From IMG/VR virus record IMGVR_UViG_3300027983_002388: a stretch of 64,000 nucleotides of DNA; one strand, written 5' to 3'. Source of the DNA: a virus. Lineage: Duplodnaviria; Caudoviricetes. Shown here one piece after another: positions 1-8,579 of the stretch. The translations under genes were made by a program, and so were the position numbers. Under the pieces are notes generated by a model. The model saw only the letters and a list, made by a program, of their open reading frames with translations. It was not told where the DNA came from and did not search any database. Position 1 is the first letter of the stretch, and each line of letters opens with the position of its first letter.

Positions 1-1
1 T

Positions 2-352
2 ACCTACTATGACATTGGTAACGGCGGTAATGGAATCACAGGTTTGTTCAGTTGGCTCGCAACGAACTACAACTTCACCGATCCAATCGGTTTGCACCAG
101 TCCTCGAAGAGAGGAGCCGGTCCAGGCTCAAAGGGTTATTCCGCAGACGGTACACTGATGCTGTTTGATGGTTGCGGTGTTGCTATGGAACAATGGAACC
201 TAAGTCATATGTGGCCACAGGCGATTAACTTTGGCGAACTGGACTATTCTTCCTCAGAAGAAGTAACAGTTGAATTGACGCTTCGCTACAGCGAAGTGGA
301 GTACATCCCACTTTGCGGTGGCCGCATCAATCCTTGCTGTGCAGGTTGCTAA
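2..352 (+). CDS. Tail tube protein, T4 gp19-like (5'-partial)
   Basis: Frame open from window start; motif W-x5-WPQAINFGELDYSSSEEVTVELTLRY typical of the gp19 C-terminus. Confidence 0.75.
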   Translation, partial: TYYDIGNGGNGITGLFSWLATNYNFTDPIGLHQSSKRGAGPGSKGYSADGTLMLFDGCGVAMEQWNLSHMWPQAINFGELDYSSSEEVTVELTLRYSEVEYIPLCGGRINPCCAGC

Positions 353-379
353 TTACCCTACAAAAAATAAGATAAACCC

Positions 380-523
380 ATGCCAAGATCAGGTAATGGT
401 CAGGATGTGGGGTTTGGACATCTTGCGGACGCAGACCTTGTATTCAAACGCAAATTTCGATGGGCGTTTGAGGTACAAGGTCTTGTCCGTAGGGATGTGC
501 CATCTCATTGGGTGTCTTTCTGA
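380..523 (+). pseudogene. Truncated 47-aa tail-tube paralog (N-terminal part only)
   Basis: MPRSGNGQDVGFGHLADADLVFKRKFRWAFEVQG aligns with the next gene's MPSTGNGRNMGFDFGLEDPNACFKRKNRWLFKIED, then stops at TGA. Confidence 0.5.
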
Positions 524-531
524 GGTAAATT

Positions 532-1059
532 ATGCCAAGCACTGGTAATGGAAGAAACATGGGGTTCGACTTTGGGTTAGAAGACCCAAATGCTTGCTTC
601 AAAAGAAAAAATCGTTGGTTGTTCAAAATTGAAGACGTGAGTGCAGATGGAGTAAGTTCTTTGCCTCCATCTAAAGCTGCACGTCCTTCATTGTCCTTTA
701 AGGAAATAGAAGTTCAACACTTGAACGAAACAGTGTATTATCCAGGCAAACCTGAATGGAAACCCATCACACTGACTTTGTACGATCTGAAGAAAAACTC
801 TCTGAATCCTGTGTTCGAGTGGCTTTCCGAGCTTTATGATCCTCGATCCAAAAGCAAATACCGTCCATCCTGTAATGGATTCAAAAAGCGAAAGGCCACG
901 TTAGAACTTTACGATGGATGCGGAACAAAGATTGAGACTTGGATTTTTGAGACGGTTTGGCCACAGGCAGTAGAGTTTGGCGACCTAGATATGTCCACCA
1001 GCGAACTAATTACTTGTGAATTAACCCTTAGATACGACAGAGCGTATATCGAAAATTAG
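532..1059 (+). CDS. Tail tube protein, gp19-like
   Basis: KRKNRWLF...RPSLSFKEIEV...WKPITLTLYD...WPQAVEFGDLDM...LTLRYD motifs. Confidence 0.8.
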   Translation: MPSTGNGRNMGFDFGLEDPNACFKRKNRWLFKIEDVSADGVSSLPPSKAARPSLSFKEIEVQHLNETVYYPGKPEWKPITLTLYDLKKNSLNPVFEWLSELYDPRSKSKYRPSCNGFKKRKATLELYDGCGTKIETWIFETVWPQAVEFGDLDMSTSELITCELTLRYDRAYIEN

Positions 1060-1334
1060 TCTTCGCTATTTTCTTCTTCTTCCTCTTCAAGTTCTTCGCT
1101 CATTTCTTTTTTCAAGAGTTCTTGACAGGCTTTTATTGAGTCTTCAAGCTCTTTAGGTTTACATTTAAGAACCCGGCAGGCTCCACTTTTGTTGAGTCTG
1201 CCTTTTTTTGTGTATACTTTTCCGTCATTTAGTAGAAACGCATCAACAAGATTGCCATAACCACTGTCGATCAGCTTTTGAATCAATTCTTGATTTTCAA
1301 GCTGGTCGAATGAATTACTGTTATAATTTGCCAT
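1056..1334 (-). CDS. Hypothetical protein with acidic tail
   Basis: ORF; ATG at 1334 chosen. Confidence 0.6.
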   Translation of the reverse strand: MANYNSNSFDQLENQELIQKLIDSGYGNLVDAFLLNDGKVYTKKGRLNKSGACRVLKCKPKELEDSIKACQELLKKEMSEELEEEEEENSED

Positions 1335-1416
1335 ATTCCTCACAACCAAGAAAAAAAGACCAGGGCAGTATTTACCCTGGTCTGCCTAAATAATTCTAGG
1401 TCTTTACAACCACGAA

Positions 1417-1968
1417 TCAATAGTCGTTGGCAAGATTATGCCTTTTGTATATACTTTTTGCCTTCGATGCTGGTAGTTGTTGGTCCATTTGTATCTGCAA
1501 GAAATCAAGATACTTACGCTTTAGCTCATTGTAGTTTCTGGCAGTTCTGTACAGTTGTCGGAAGTGGTTTAATATGCAGGTAGTCATATAGTTGAATGCC
1601 TTACCCTTATTAGGGTCAAAGCGATCAATCTTCTCGAAACAAATCATGACGCCTTCTTGCACTGCGTCGTCTTGGTCAATAAGATTGAACTTTGCGTAAC
1701 GTACAATATTCTGTGATAGCTTATAAAACGCTATTGCCAATTCATCCTGTACCTGAGAAAACTCAAAAGCTACAACGTGATAGGTTTTTTCAATAGTAAC
1801 CCATGCGGCAGGCTTCTGGTACTTACCACGCTTCGCCGTTCTTTGTTCGGTTGCGGCAATGTCATCCATGAACATCTGGTATTTGGTACGTTCTTTCTTG
1901 GCTTGTTGGAATTTCACAATCAGACTCTCGAACGTCTTATTGTTTAGATATTCTGTTGTTGCCATCAA
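1417..1968 (-). CDS. Phage RNA polymerase sigma factor, gp55-like (late sigma)
   Basis: YLNNKTF N-terminus; DDAVQEGVMICFEKIDRFDPNKGKAFNYMTTCI region-2 motif. Confidence 0.75.
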   Translation of the reverse strand: MMATTEYLNNKTFESLIVKFQQAKKERTKYQMFMDDIAATEQRTAKRGKYQKPAAWVTIEKTYHVVAFEFSQVQDELAIAFYKLSQNIVRYAKFNLIDQDDAVQEGVMICFEKIDRFDPNKGKAFNYMTTCILNHFRQLYRTARNYNELKRKYLDFLQIQMDQQLPASKAKSIYKRHNLANDY

Positions 1969-2034
1969 GCTCCTTGAGGCCCCGCAAGGGGTCCGTGATA
2001 AAGAAATTGGGGTATCTATATACTGCGCCTAGTA

Positions 2035-2883
2035 TCATTTCTCGCTCGCTTGCTCCCAACTTCTCAGTCTTTCAAGAGCTTCAATCTTGGCATCCTCATA
2101 CCATTTATTGACAATCTCGTAGTAATCTGGGCTGTATAATTTGCCTGATGTAAAACTACGAAGATGGTCTATGTTTTCGTCTTTCTTTCTTTCAAAGTTC
2201 TTTTCGCTACCAATCAAATGTGGTTTGATCTTAAACGATCTCAAGATGTAATTGCCCAATATCTCCGTGTCCGGCCATTGAGGACGAGTGACATTGGGCC
2301 TGTAGTCGTGAATGTTATAATAGTTACATAATCTTCTCATGCTCCAACCAAATCCAATTCGGTCCATAGTAGGCATGTGATACATGCTGGCCGTGTGTGA
2401 AACCATTCCGTGCCAATCAGCATGACATCGAGGGCTTATCTCGTATCCGACAACAGAAGATTTGCTTGGACATAAAGTTGTGAGATGTTCTACAAAATCA
2501 CGCCGACGTAAAAATACATCGGCGTGAGTGGCAAATAAAAGTTCGGTGCGGCACAAGCTAAAAGCCATATCCATTGCCATAGCTGGGAAGTCAGAGGGGT
2601 GCAACACACCATTTAACCGGATGGCGTGTACTTCCACATCTTCGTCACGAAGAGTCTCTATTTGAGCATATTGCTCTGGCGAGCTTCCGGTGTCGATAAT
2701 CAATACATATGGTCGTTCAGATTGCATTTGCAATAAGCGTACACATATTTCTAGTTGTTCATAGGTATCAAGAACCGGCACTACTGCGGTTACACGATAC
2801 TGCCAGGGTTTCTTAGTACAGTTGCCCTCCCAAGGTTGTTGCCATTGGGGAACATTTCTAAGAGGGGCCAAATCCTTTTTCAC
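2035..2883 (-). CDS. Glycosyltransferase family 2-like
   Basis: TAVVPVLD...LIIDTGS...HADVF (GT-A fold, DxD-like). Confidence 0.7.
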   Translation of the reverse strand: MKKDLAPLRNVPQWQQPWEGNCTKKPWQYRVTAVVPVLDTYEQLEICVRLLQMQSERPYVLIIDTGSSPEQYAQIETLRDEDVEVHAIRLNGVLHPSDFPAMAMDMAFSLCRTELLFATHADVFLRRRDFVEHLTTLCPSKSSVVGYEISPRCHADWHGMVSHTASMYHMPTMDRIGFGWSMRRLCNYYNIHDYRPNVTRPQWPDTEILGNYILRSFKIKPHLIGSEKNFERKKDENIDHLRSFTSGKLYSPDYYEIVNKWYEDAKIEALERLRSWEQASEK

Positions 2884-3055
2884 TTGTGTCGCTCTATTTC
2901 ATTTATGGAAATCTATCAGATACTACTTGCCATATTGGACAAACCCAATGTGCCGAAGTTCTATCGTGAACTTCGGAATCACTACCAAACCGCTGGTATG
3001 CTACATGAGGTATCTGCCATCAGTCACTTAATAGAGAATAAGTTCGAGAAAAAAG

Positions 3056-4042
3056 ATGTCAGTACCCTTGACGATTCACTTGATAATCAAGAACAACGAG
3101 GAAACAGTTGAGCATACTCTGGAGTCTTTGCTGCCGCTGAACGCTCACATCTTGGTTGGCGATCTAGGGTGTAAAGATGAAACTGTAAGTAAATGCAAAC
3201 AGTACGGGGCAACCGTAGAACGTATTTCTTTGAATAATGATCTATCGCAGGCAAGAAATCATTTGTTGAAGTTTTCAGACTCCAAATGGAACTTACACAT
3301 CGAACCGTGGGAAACCATCTTGGGTGGACACGAAATAATCCAACAAGCGATAGTAGGGACTCAAACAGCCTACAAAATGAGCATTATTCAAGGAGATGTG
3401 ATAACCAAGCAAATCAGACTTTGGCACAAAAGCACAGAACTAAAGTTTAAGAATCCGGTATTTGAAACACTGAATTACAACGACGCAAAAGACCTTTCGG
3501 CCTACATTGCTGTGGGTCCAAACAATAATTCAATTCTGTATTTAGAGCTTGTCGAGAAGTGGCGAGATCGTTGCCCTTTGGCTAATGAACCCATTTATTA
3601 TACTGCCTGCTCTCATTTAAGTGGGAAGAATTGGGATGCGTTTTTGAATTGGGCAGGCTTGTATTTACATCAAGAAAAATCTGATTCAATGTCAGTTTAT
3701 ATGACGCACTATTATTGCTCGATGGTCAATTGTTACATTAAAAAAGATTACCAACACGCAATACAATCGCTTTTGCCTTGTCTGGCAAAAAAGCCGACGA
3801 TGGCAGAGTTTTGGTGCTTGTTGGGCGATGCCTACTATGCCATTAAGGACTATGATAAAGCAAAGGCTTTTTATGAAAACGCCATTATTTTAGGGAGCAA
3901 GCGACTTAAAGATGATGGATGGCCATTAGAAATATCCAAATACAAAGAATACCCTCAGAAGATGATTGAGGGCTGCGATAAAATCAAGCAGTCTTTGCGA
4001 TTCTATGGCTCAAGGGCTGCGAATCACAACAATCCCCATTGA
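3056..4042 (+). CDS. GT2-like glycosyltransferase with TPR repeats
   Basis: LIIKNNEETV...VGDLGCKDET...ARN; TPR-like AEFWCLLGDAYYAIKDYDKAKAFYENA. Confidence 0.65.
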   Translation: MSVPLTIHLIIKNNEETVEHTLESLLPLNAHILVGDLGCKDETVSKCKQYGATVERISLNNDLSQARNHLLKFSDSKWNLHIEPWETILGGHEIIQQAIVGTQTAYKMSIIQGDVITKQIRLWHKSTELKFKNPVFETLNYNDAKDLSAYIAVGPNNNSILYLELVEKWRDRCPLANEPIYYTACSHLSGKNWDAFLNWAGLYLHQEKSDSMSVYMTHYYCSMVNCYIKKDYQHAIQSLLPCLAKKPTMAEFWCLLGDAYYAIKDYDKAKAFYENAIILGSKRLKDDGWPLEISKYKEYPQKMIEGCDKIKQSLRFYGSRAANHNNPH

Positions 4043-4454
4043 TCTTTTCAAGAATGTGACGCTTCAACTCAGACATTTTTTCCAAATGAGGGATAATCAT
4101 TGATGCCTCAATGCTTATGATTCCCGTTATGTCACGAATGGTTCCTTCGATAAACCCTTTGTCTTCATTGAATTTTGCAGTCAAGCTAACCGTTATCTCT
4201 TTGCCATCTTTGCGTTTCATATTGACTTGAAAGTCAGACACTTCACCATGTCGGCGAAGTTCTTCAACAAATTCTTCTCTTTCTTTTGCATCGTAGAGAT
4301 CAATCGCAACGTGTTGTGATAAATCATTGAAATCAGAAAAGCCCAAAATGCCTATGGCAGCTTCATTGGCATCAATGAAATGCCCATCTTCTATATTGGT
4401 TCGCCACAAACCAACGGGTGCTGTTTCGTATAGGTCTTTATATTCGTTACTCAT
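3984..4454 (-). CDS. Stand-alone PAS sensor-domain protein
   Basis: YKDLYETAPVGLW...IDANEAA..ILG...KRKDG...EGTIRDIT (PAS/PAC signature). Confidence 0.8.
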   Translation of the reverse strand: MSNEYKDLYETAPVGLWRTNIEDGHFIDANEAAIGILGFSDFNDLSQHVAIDLYDAKEREEFVEELRRHGEVSDFQVNMKRKDGKEITVSLTAKFNEDKGFIEGTIRDITGIISIEASMIIPHLEKMSELKRHILEKINGDCCDSQPLSHRIAKTA

Positions 4455-4478
4455 AATGATCTCCCAAATATATAGTCA

Positions 4479-4859
4479 TCAATATATGACATCTAATTCA
4501 TTTACAACTACCGTAACAGTATCTTCAAACCGGGCAACAGCAAGTTGTTTGCGTCCAGGAGGCAACTTTCTAAGTCGTGCCTCTAGTTCATCAATGTGAC
4601 AGTTTATAACGCTGAAGTTATTGTCGGCCAGCTTTTTGGCCTCTTCTTCTAAATTAGCTACCGATCTATTTGGGTAGTAAGCCTGAAGCTGAGGCTTGGC
4701 GTGCATCATGATTTTTTTATAAATTGGTACATTGCACGCACATCCTGGGTTTTGCAGGTATTTCTGCATATCTTCCAGGAAATCACTAGATAAGCTCTCC
4801 CGGAAGCGCTTGTCCCGTAGGGCCTGTTTCACGTCCATTAGTCCGATTGGTCTGCTCAT
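4479..4859 (-). CDS. Hypothetical protein
   Basis: ORF within a minus-strand gene run. Confidence 0.6.
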   Translation of the reverse strand: MSRPIGLMDVKQALRDKRFRESLSSDFLEDMQKYLQNPGCACNVPIYKKIMMHAKPQLQAYYPNRSVANLEEEAKKLADNNFSVINCHIDELEARLRKLPPGRKQLAVARFEDTVTVVVNELDVIY

Positions 4860-5106
4860 CTGGTGTTGTCTCCACTAAGGTCAATTTGGTTGCTTTAATC
4901 ACATATCCACAACCCGGACACTTAAACGATTTAGCCCGGTTCATAGAAGGCGGAATAACTACTTTTTTGGTAAAAGGATCAACGAAAGGCGATCCACGAG
5001 GAATAGCAGCCTGCTTGACTTTAACTAAATCCTGGATGTCGTCGCCTTTGGTGATTCTTTTGTAGCCACAGTTGTCACAAAAGAATTGGTATGTTTTAAG
5101 ACTCAT
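4786..5106 (-). CDS. Zn-ribbon protein
   Basis: CDNC and CPGC motifs. Confidence 0.6.
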   Translation of the reverse strand: MSLKTYQFFCDNCGYKRITKGDDIQDLVKVKQAAIPRGSPFVDPFTKKVVIPPSMNRAKSFKCPGCGYVIKATKLTLVETTPDEQTNRTNGRETGPTGQALPGELI

Positions 5107-5434
5107 GGTTCTCGTCATTTGGCAAATTGACAATAGTTGCCGCTTCGAGCCAGTTTAGGATTACAGCAGCAAAATTTGCCAAAAATCCTCCTGCACACCC
5201 GCAAGCGAAAATCTGAAGTGGATTTTGTGAAATCCATATTGCGCCCATCAAGAAACCGCACCATGTACCACAGCACAAGTAGCAGTCTACGACACCGCCC
5301 ATGCTAGGCAGTCCAATCTTGGCTGTAATCGACTTCACAAGTTTTCGGAACCATTCCATAATGGACCCATCAACTATTATGTGACTTAACCCAATACTGG
5401 ACAAAGCGAACAAAATCAAAGTTTCAATATTCAT
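5096..5434 (-). CDS. Small membrane protein (DUF1360-like)
   Basis: Three hydrophobic segments; CYLCCGTW motif. Confidence 0.5.
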   Translation of the reverse strand: MNIETLILFALSSIGLSHIIVDGSIMEWFRKLVKSITAKIGLPSMGGVVDCYLCCGTWCGFLMGAIWISQNPLQIFACGCAGGFLANFAAVILNWLEAATIVNLPNDENHES

Positions 5435-5466
5435 AGATTCCCTTTATTTATGTTTTGAAGAAAAAA

Positions 5467-5826
5467 TCACCGCCAAAATGTGACGTGGATTCTATCTTTA
5501 TCTGTGTGGATACAAAAATCTCTGTAGCCAGTGAACTTACAAAGCTCATCAACTTCACCGATTTGCCAATCACAACAGGCGGTTAGCCGGTGGTCAATTT
5601 TATCCACTAGAATTGTATCTGAGAAATACTCTTCTAGTTTGCGAATACGAATTTCGTCAAGCGAGTTGAGTAGTTCCAATACACTGCGTTGACCAAGAGT
5701 TTTCATTCCTGGAATGCGTTGACCCAACTGCCATTGGTCAAAAAAATGGCGAAATTCGGGGAACAAGGCGTGTGCCTTTTTGTCGAAGAAAATTAGTTCC
5801 TCGATATTTTGCAGATTTATTTCCAT
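5467..5826 (-). CDS. Hypothetical protein
   Basis: ORF. Confidence 0.6.
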   Translation of the reverse strand: MEINLQNIEELIFFDKKAHALFPEFRHFFDQWQLGQRIPGMKTLGQRSVLELLNSLDEIRIRKLEEYFSDTILVDKIDHRLTACCDWQIGEVDELCKFTGYRDFCIHTDKDRIHVTFWR

Positions 5827-5887
5827 GACACTATGTTAACCCCAAGATGATGAACTTGCTATAAGCTAGTAATCCAAGGAGACAAAT

Positions 5888-7066
5888 ATGGCTGATGATA
5901 CTTTTCGTCCAAGACGACCAAACCCGCCAGATGATGAAGATCAGGTAACGGGCGAAGATGAAGGCGGCATGTCCGCTTTGAATATGGCAGAGAAGATGCG
6001 ACAACAGGCGGCTGGAGAGGATAGTCAATCAGATGACAATCCTAAGCTAACTGGCAACTTCAATATTAAGGGGATGGAAAACGCCCCGCCTGAATTCATG
6101 CAAGCACTAAAAGCCGCTCAGGGTGGCCCGCAGCAGAAAGTTCAGCAAGAAACATCCGGTCATGAGCCGAAGCGTGGCTTTGGCCAGATGTCTGGTGGTG
6201 GAGAAGGTCCAGGTTCAGCACCCGCAGCACCAGTCGCCAAGAAGCGTGACGCTGCATCGACAAGCTCAGGCCACTTGAAAGAATTGCTGGAAGGACTGAA
6301 AGGTTCGACCACAATTTATGAAGAGATTGAGTTGCCTTCGAGGGGTCGTTTTTACGACGGCACTGATGGTCCCGCAAACGGAGTTGTTTCTATTCGTCCG
6401 ATGACGGGCGAAGAAGAACAAATTCTGGCAACCCCACGATTCGTTCGTAAGGGACAAGCCATCAACATGATCTTCCAGCGATGCCTCAAGGAACAGTTCC
6501 GTCCCGAACAACTCTTGACCATCGACCGGACCTACATGCTGATTTACCTGCGTGGTATTTCGTATTCACCGAATTACGATGTTGAGGTAAAGTGTCCTGA
6601 ATGTGAAAAGAAGTTCGGAACCACAATTGACCTCAATACGCTATATGTCGAACCGTGTCCTGAAACATATGGGCCACAATTGCAAGATGTATTGCCAACA
6701 ACCAAGCTGCCTTTCTCATATCGGCTTTCAACTGGTCGAGATGAGCAAGAGATCACGGATTACCGTGATCGCCGCATCAAGGCTTTCGGTGACGCCTCTG
6801 CTGACGATACTTTGATCTACAGAACGTCTATGCTGCTTGATGATATCGACGGCTTGACCAATAAGGGCGAACTTCAGATTCTTCTAAAGAATCTACCGAT
6901 CAGCGACGTATCGTATGCACGCAACTGTATCAACGAGCCACCATTTGGCGTTGATACAAATGTAGAAATTGTTTGCCCTAGCTGTCTACAGGACTTTGAA
7001 GTTGATCTTCCACTGGAGGCCAATTTTTTCTTCCCTCGACGGAAGAAAAACAAGACCCAAGCATAG
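5888..7066 (+). CDS. Baseplate hub / tail assembly chaperone, T4 gp26-like, with long low-complexity N-terminus
   Basis: IELPSRGRFY...IRPMTGEEEQIL...L..IDRTYMLIYLRGISY...CPEC...CPSC. Confidence 0.75.
   Translation: MADDTFRPRRPNPPDDEDQVTGEDEGGMSALNMAEKMRQQAAGEDSQSDDNPKLTGNFNIKGMENAPPEFMQALKAAQGGPQQKVQQETSGHEPKRGFGQMSGGGEGPGSAPAAPVAKKRDAASTSSGHLKELLEGLKGSTTIYEEIELPSRGRFYDGTDGPANGVVSIRPMTGEEEQILATPRFVRKGQAINMIFQRCLKEQFRPEQLLTIDRTYMLIYLRGISYSPNYDVEVKCPECEKKFGTTIDLNTLYVEPCPETYGPQLQDVLPTTKLPFSYRLSTGRDEQEITDYRDRRIKAFGDASADDTLIYRTSMLLDDIDGLTNKGELQILLKNLPISDVSYARNCINEPPFGVDTNVEIVCPSCLQDFEVDLPLEANFFFPRRKKNKTQA
7024..7030 (+). other. Candidate -1 slippery heptamer T TTT TTC
   Basis: In the 0 frame of the gp26-like ORF; the -1 frame is open into the downstream ORF at 7069. 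Confidence 0.6.
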
Positions 7067-7068
7067 AA

Positions 7069-7263
7069 ATGTGGAAGGGACTAGCGGAAGAAATATTCTT
7101 CTTCCAATATCACTTACACTTAGCTATGTCAGGGTCAATGAGTCTGCCGATCAATCTGCGAAAATGGATGATCGAACGCTTTATCGAGCAAAAAGAAAAA
7201 GAAAACGAGGCAATGGAAGCCTCACGCAGAAAGGCGCAGTCTCAATCAAAGTCAAGGCGATAA
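7069..7263 (+). CDS. gp51-like small ORF / frameshift (GT-type) extension of the gp26-like gene
   Basis: EEIFFFQYHLH...LPINLRKWMIERF; lies in the -1 frame with no evident SD. Confidence 0.6.
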   Translation: MWKGLAEEIFFFQYHLHLAMSGSMSLPINLRKWMIERFIEQKEKENEAMEASRRKAQSQSKSRR

Positions 7264-7266
7264 AAA

Positions 7267-8010
7267 ATGGCAACAAAAGAACGATACCAAAATCCTACTT
7301 GCGGTGACTCAGTAAATCTTCGGTTGTTTACTTACAACAGCAACAACCGAAGAGACGTGCAATCTATCGAGAAAGTGGAAATTTACACTTATGACGATAC
7401 CTTCAGGTCTGCTGATAATCCTCAAGGAATGAGATTGGTTCAAACCGTTCTCGGCACAGATGTCGTACAAGAAGCAACAGGTCAATATTTGTTACAGCTA
7501 ACGGTTTCAAACCCGTTGTATACAATCGGCTCATATAGAGACGTTTGGTCTGTTGTCTTTGAGGACGGCGAATGTGCAACTGCTCAGGTTGCGAACGACT
7601 TTCAGATTTATTCTGATTTGTGGTTCACAACACCAATCCCGCCAATATATGATTTTAATTTTAACTTCCGTCCCAATAAAGTCCGTAAAGGATCAAAGCG
7701 ATATTTGCTGATCCAGGTCGTACCGAATGTTCCACGAGGGTCCGAGATTCTTCCCTACTATGAAAATCTCGCCATAGTCTCAGATTTACGGGTATCTATA
7801 GAACTTGCCTGCGGGGAGTGTGTCCCGGCAGAGCAAGACCTACGCCTGATAGAAGATCGGACCCTTGTGAACTATCGTGAAAAAGGTTACGCATATTTCT
7901 TCCTTGATACGGAAGAATATGATGAAGGCATTTACAATATTTGGTTTGAACTTGCCTTTGGCGAAAACGTGTTCGTGTCTGACAAAAACTCTTTCCAGGT
8001 ATACAGCTAA
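7267..8010 (+). CDS. Putative virion structural protein (beta-rich)
   Basis: Co-oriented with baseplate genes; beta-strand-rich composition. Confidence 0.5.
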   Translation: MATKERYQNPTCGDSVNLRLFTYNSNNRRDVQSIEKVEIYTYDDTFRSADNPQGMRLVQTVLGTDVVQEATGQYLLQLTVSNPLYTIGSYRDVWSVVFEDGECATAQVANDFQIYSDLWFTTPIPPIYDFNFNFRPNKVRKGSKRYLLIQVVPNVPRGSEILPYYENLAIVSDLRVSIELACGECVPAEQDLRLIEDRTLVNYREKGYAYFFLDTEEYDEGIYNIWFELAFGENVFVSDKNSFQVYS

Positions 8011-8531
8011 TGGCCGTTTTTAATCTTCCCGATGAACCAGATTCGCCAGCAGGAAAGGCAATCCAAACTGCATTGGCACCATCAGCAGAAAAGCTGGCAT
8101 CTCTAGTGATGCCAAATAAATTTCAGTTGGTATTCAAATCAGACCCATATTTGGGCGATAGTGTTCATGGCTTGATACTTGACCTGGGCCGCAAAGAATT
8201 GATTTTCAACACAATAGAAAACGGTCAATACAATTGGATTGACTGGCTTTTAGAAGTGCCTGAAGATGAAGTTGTTACGTTATTCTTTTTAGACGAAGAC
8301 AATAAACACAGGTGTATATTGGTCATGGAAGGACTCTATGTGTTTGAACATACTTGTGCAATGAATAATACACAGAACGCTTATGGCATCGACTCGACTG
8401 AAAATCTCGAACACAAAGTAACAGTGCAATTCACCAATATTGAAAGACTACATCCAGAAGGGCAGGGGAAAAGTTTGAAAAAAGTGGTCAGAAGACCCAA
8501 GGAGAATGTTGATCGCCAAAGACAAGAGTAA
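8010..8531 (+). CDS. Hypothetical protein, possibly a degenerate tail-tube-like fold
   Basis: ORF; NKFQLVF...VTLFFLD...VTVQF spacing weakly resembles gp19. Confidence 0.4.
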   Translation: MAVFNLPDEPDSPAGKAIQTALAPSAEKLASLVMPNKFQLVFKSDPYLGDSVHGLILDLGRKELIFNTIENGQYNWIDWLLEVPEDEVVTLFFLDEDNKHRCILVMEGLYVFEHTCAMNNTQNAYGIDSTENLEHKVTVQFTNIERLHPEGQGKSLKKVVRRPKENVDRQRQE

Positions 8532-8579
8532 AGGTAAGATCAAAGACTCCTCCCAAAATGCAACAAAAAGGCTCGCCAA

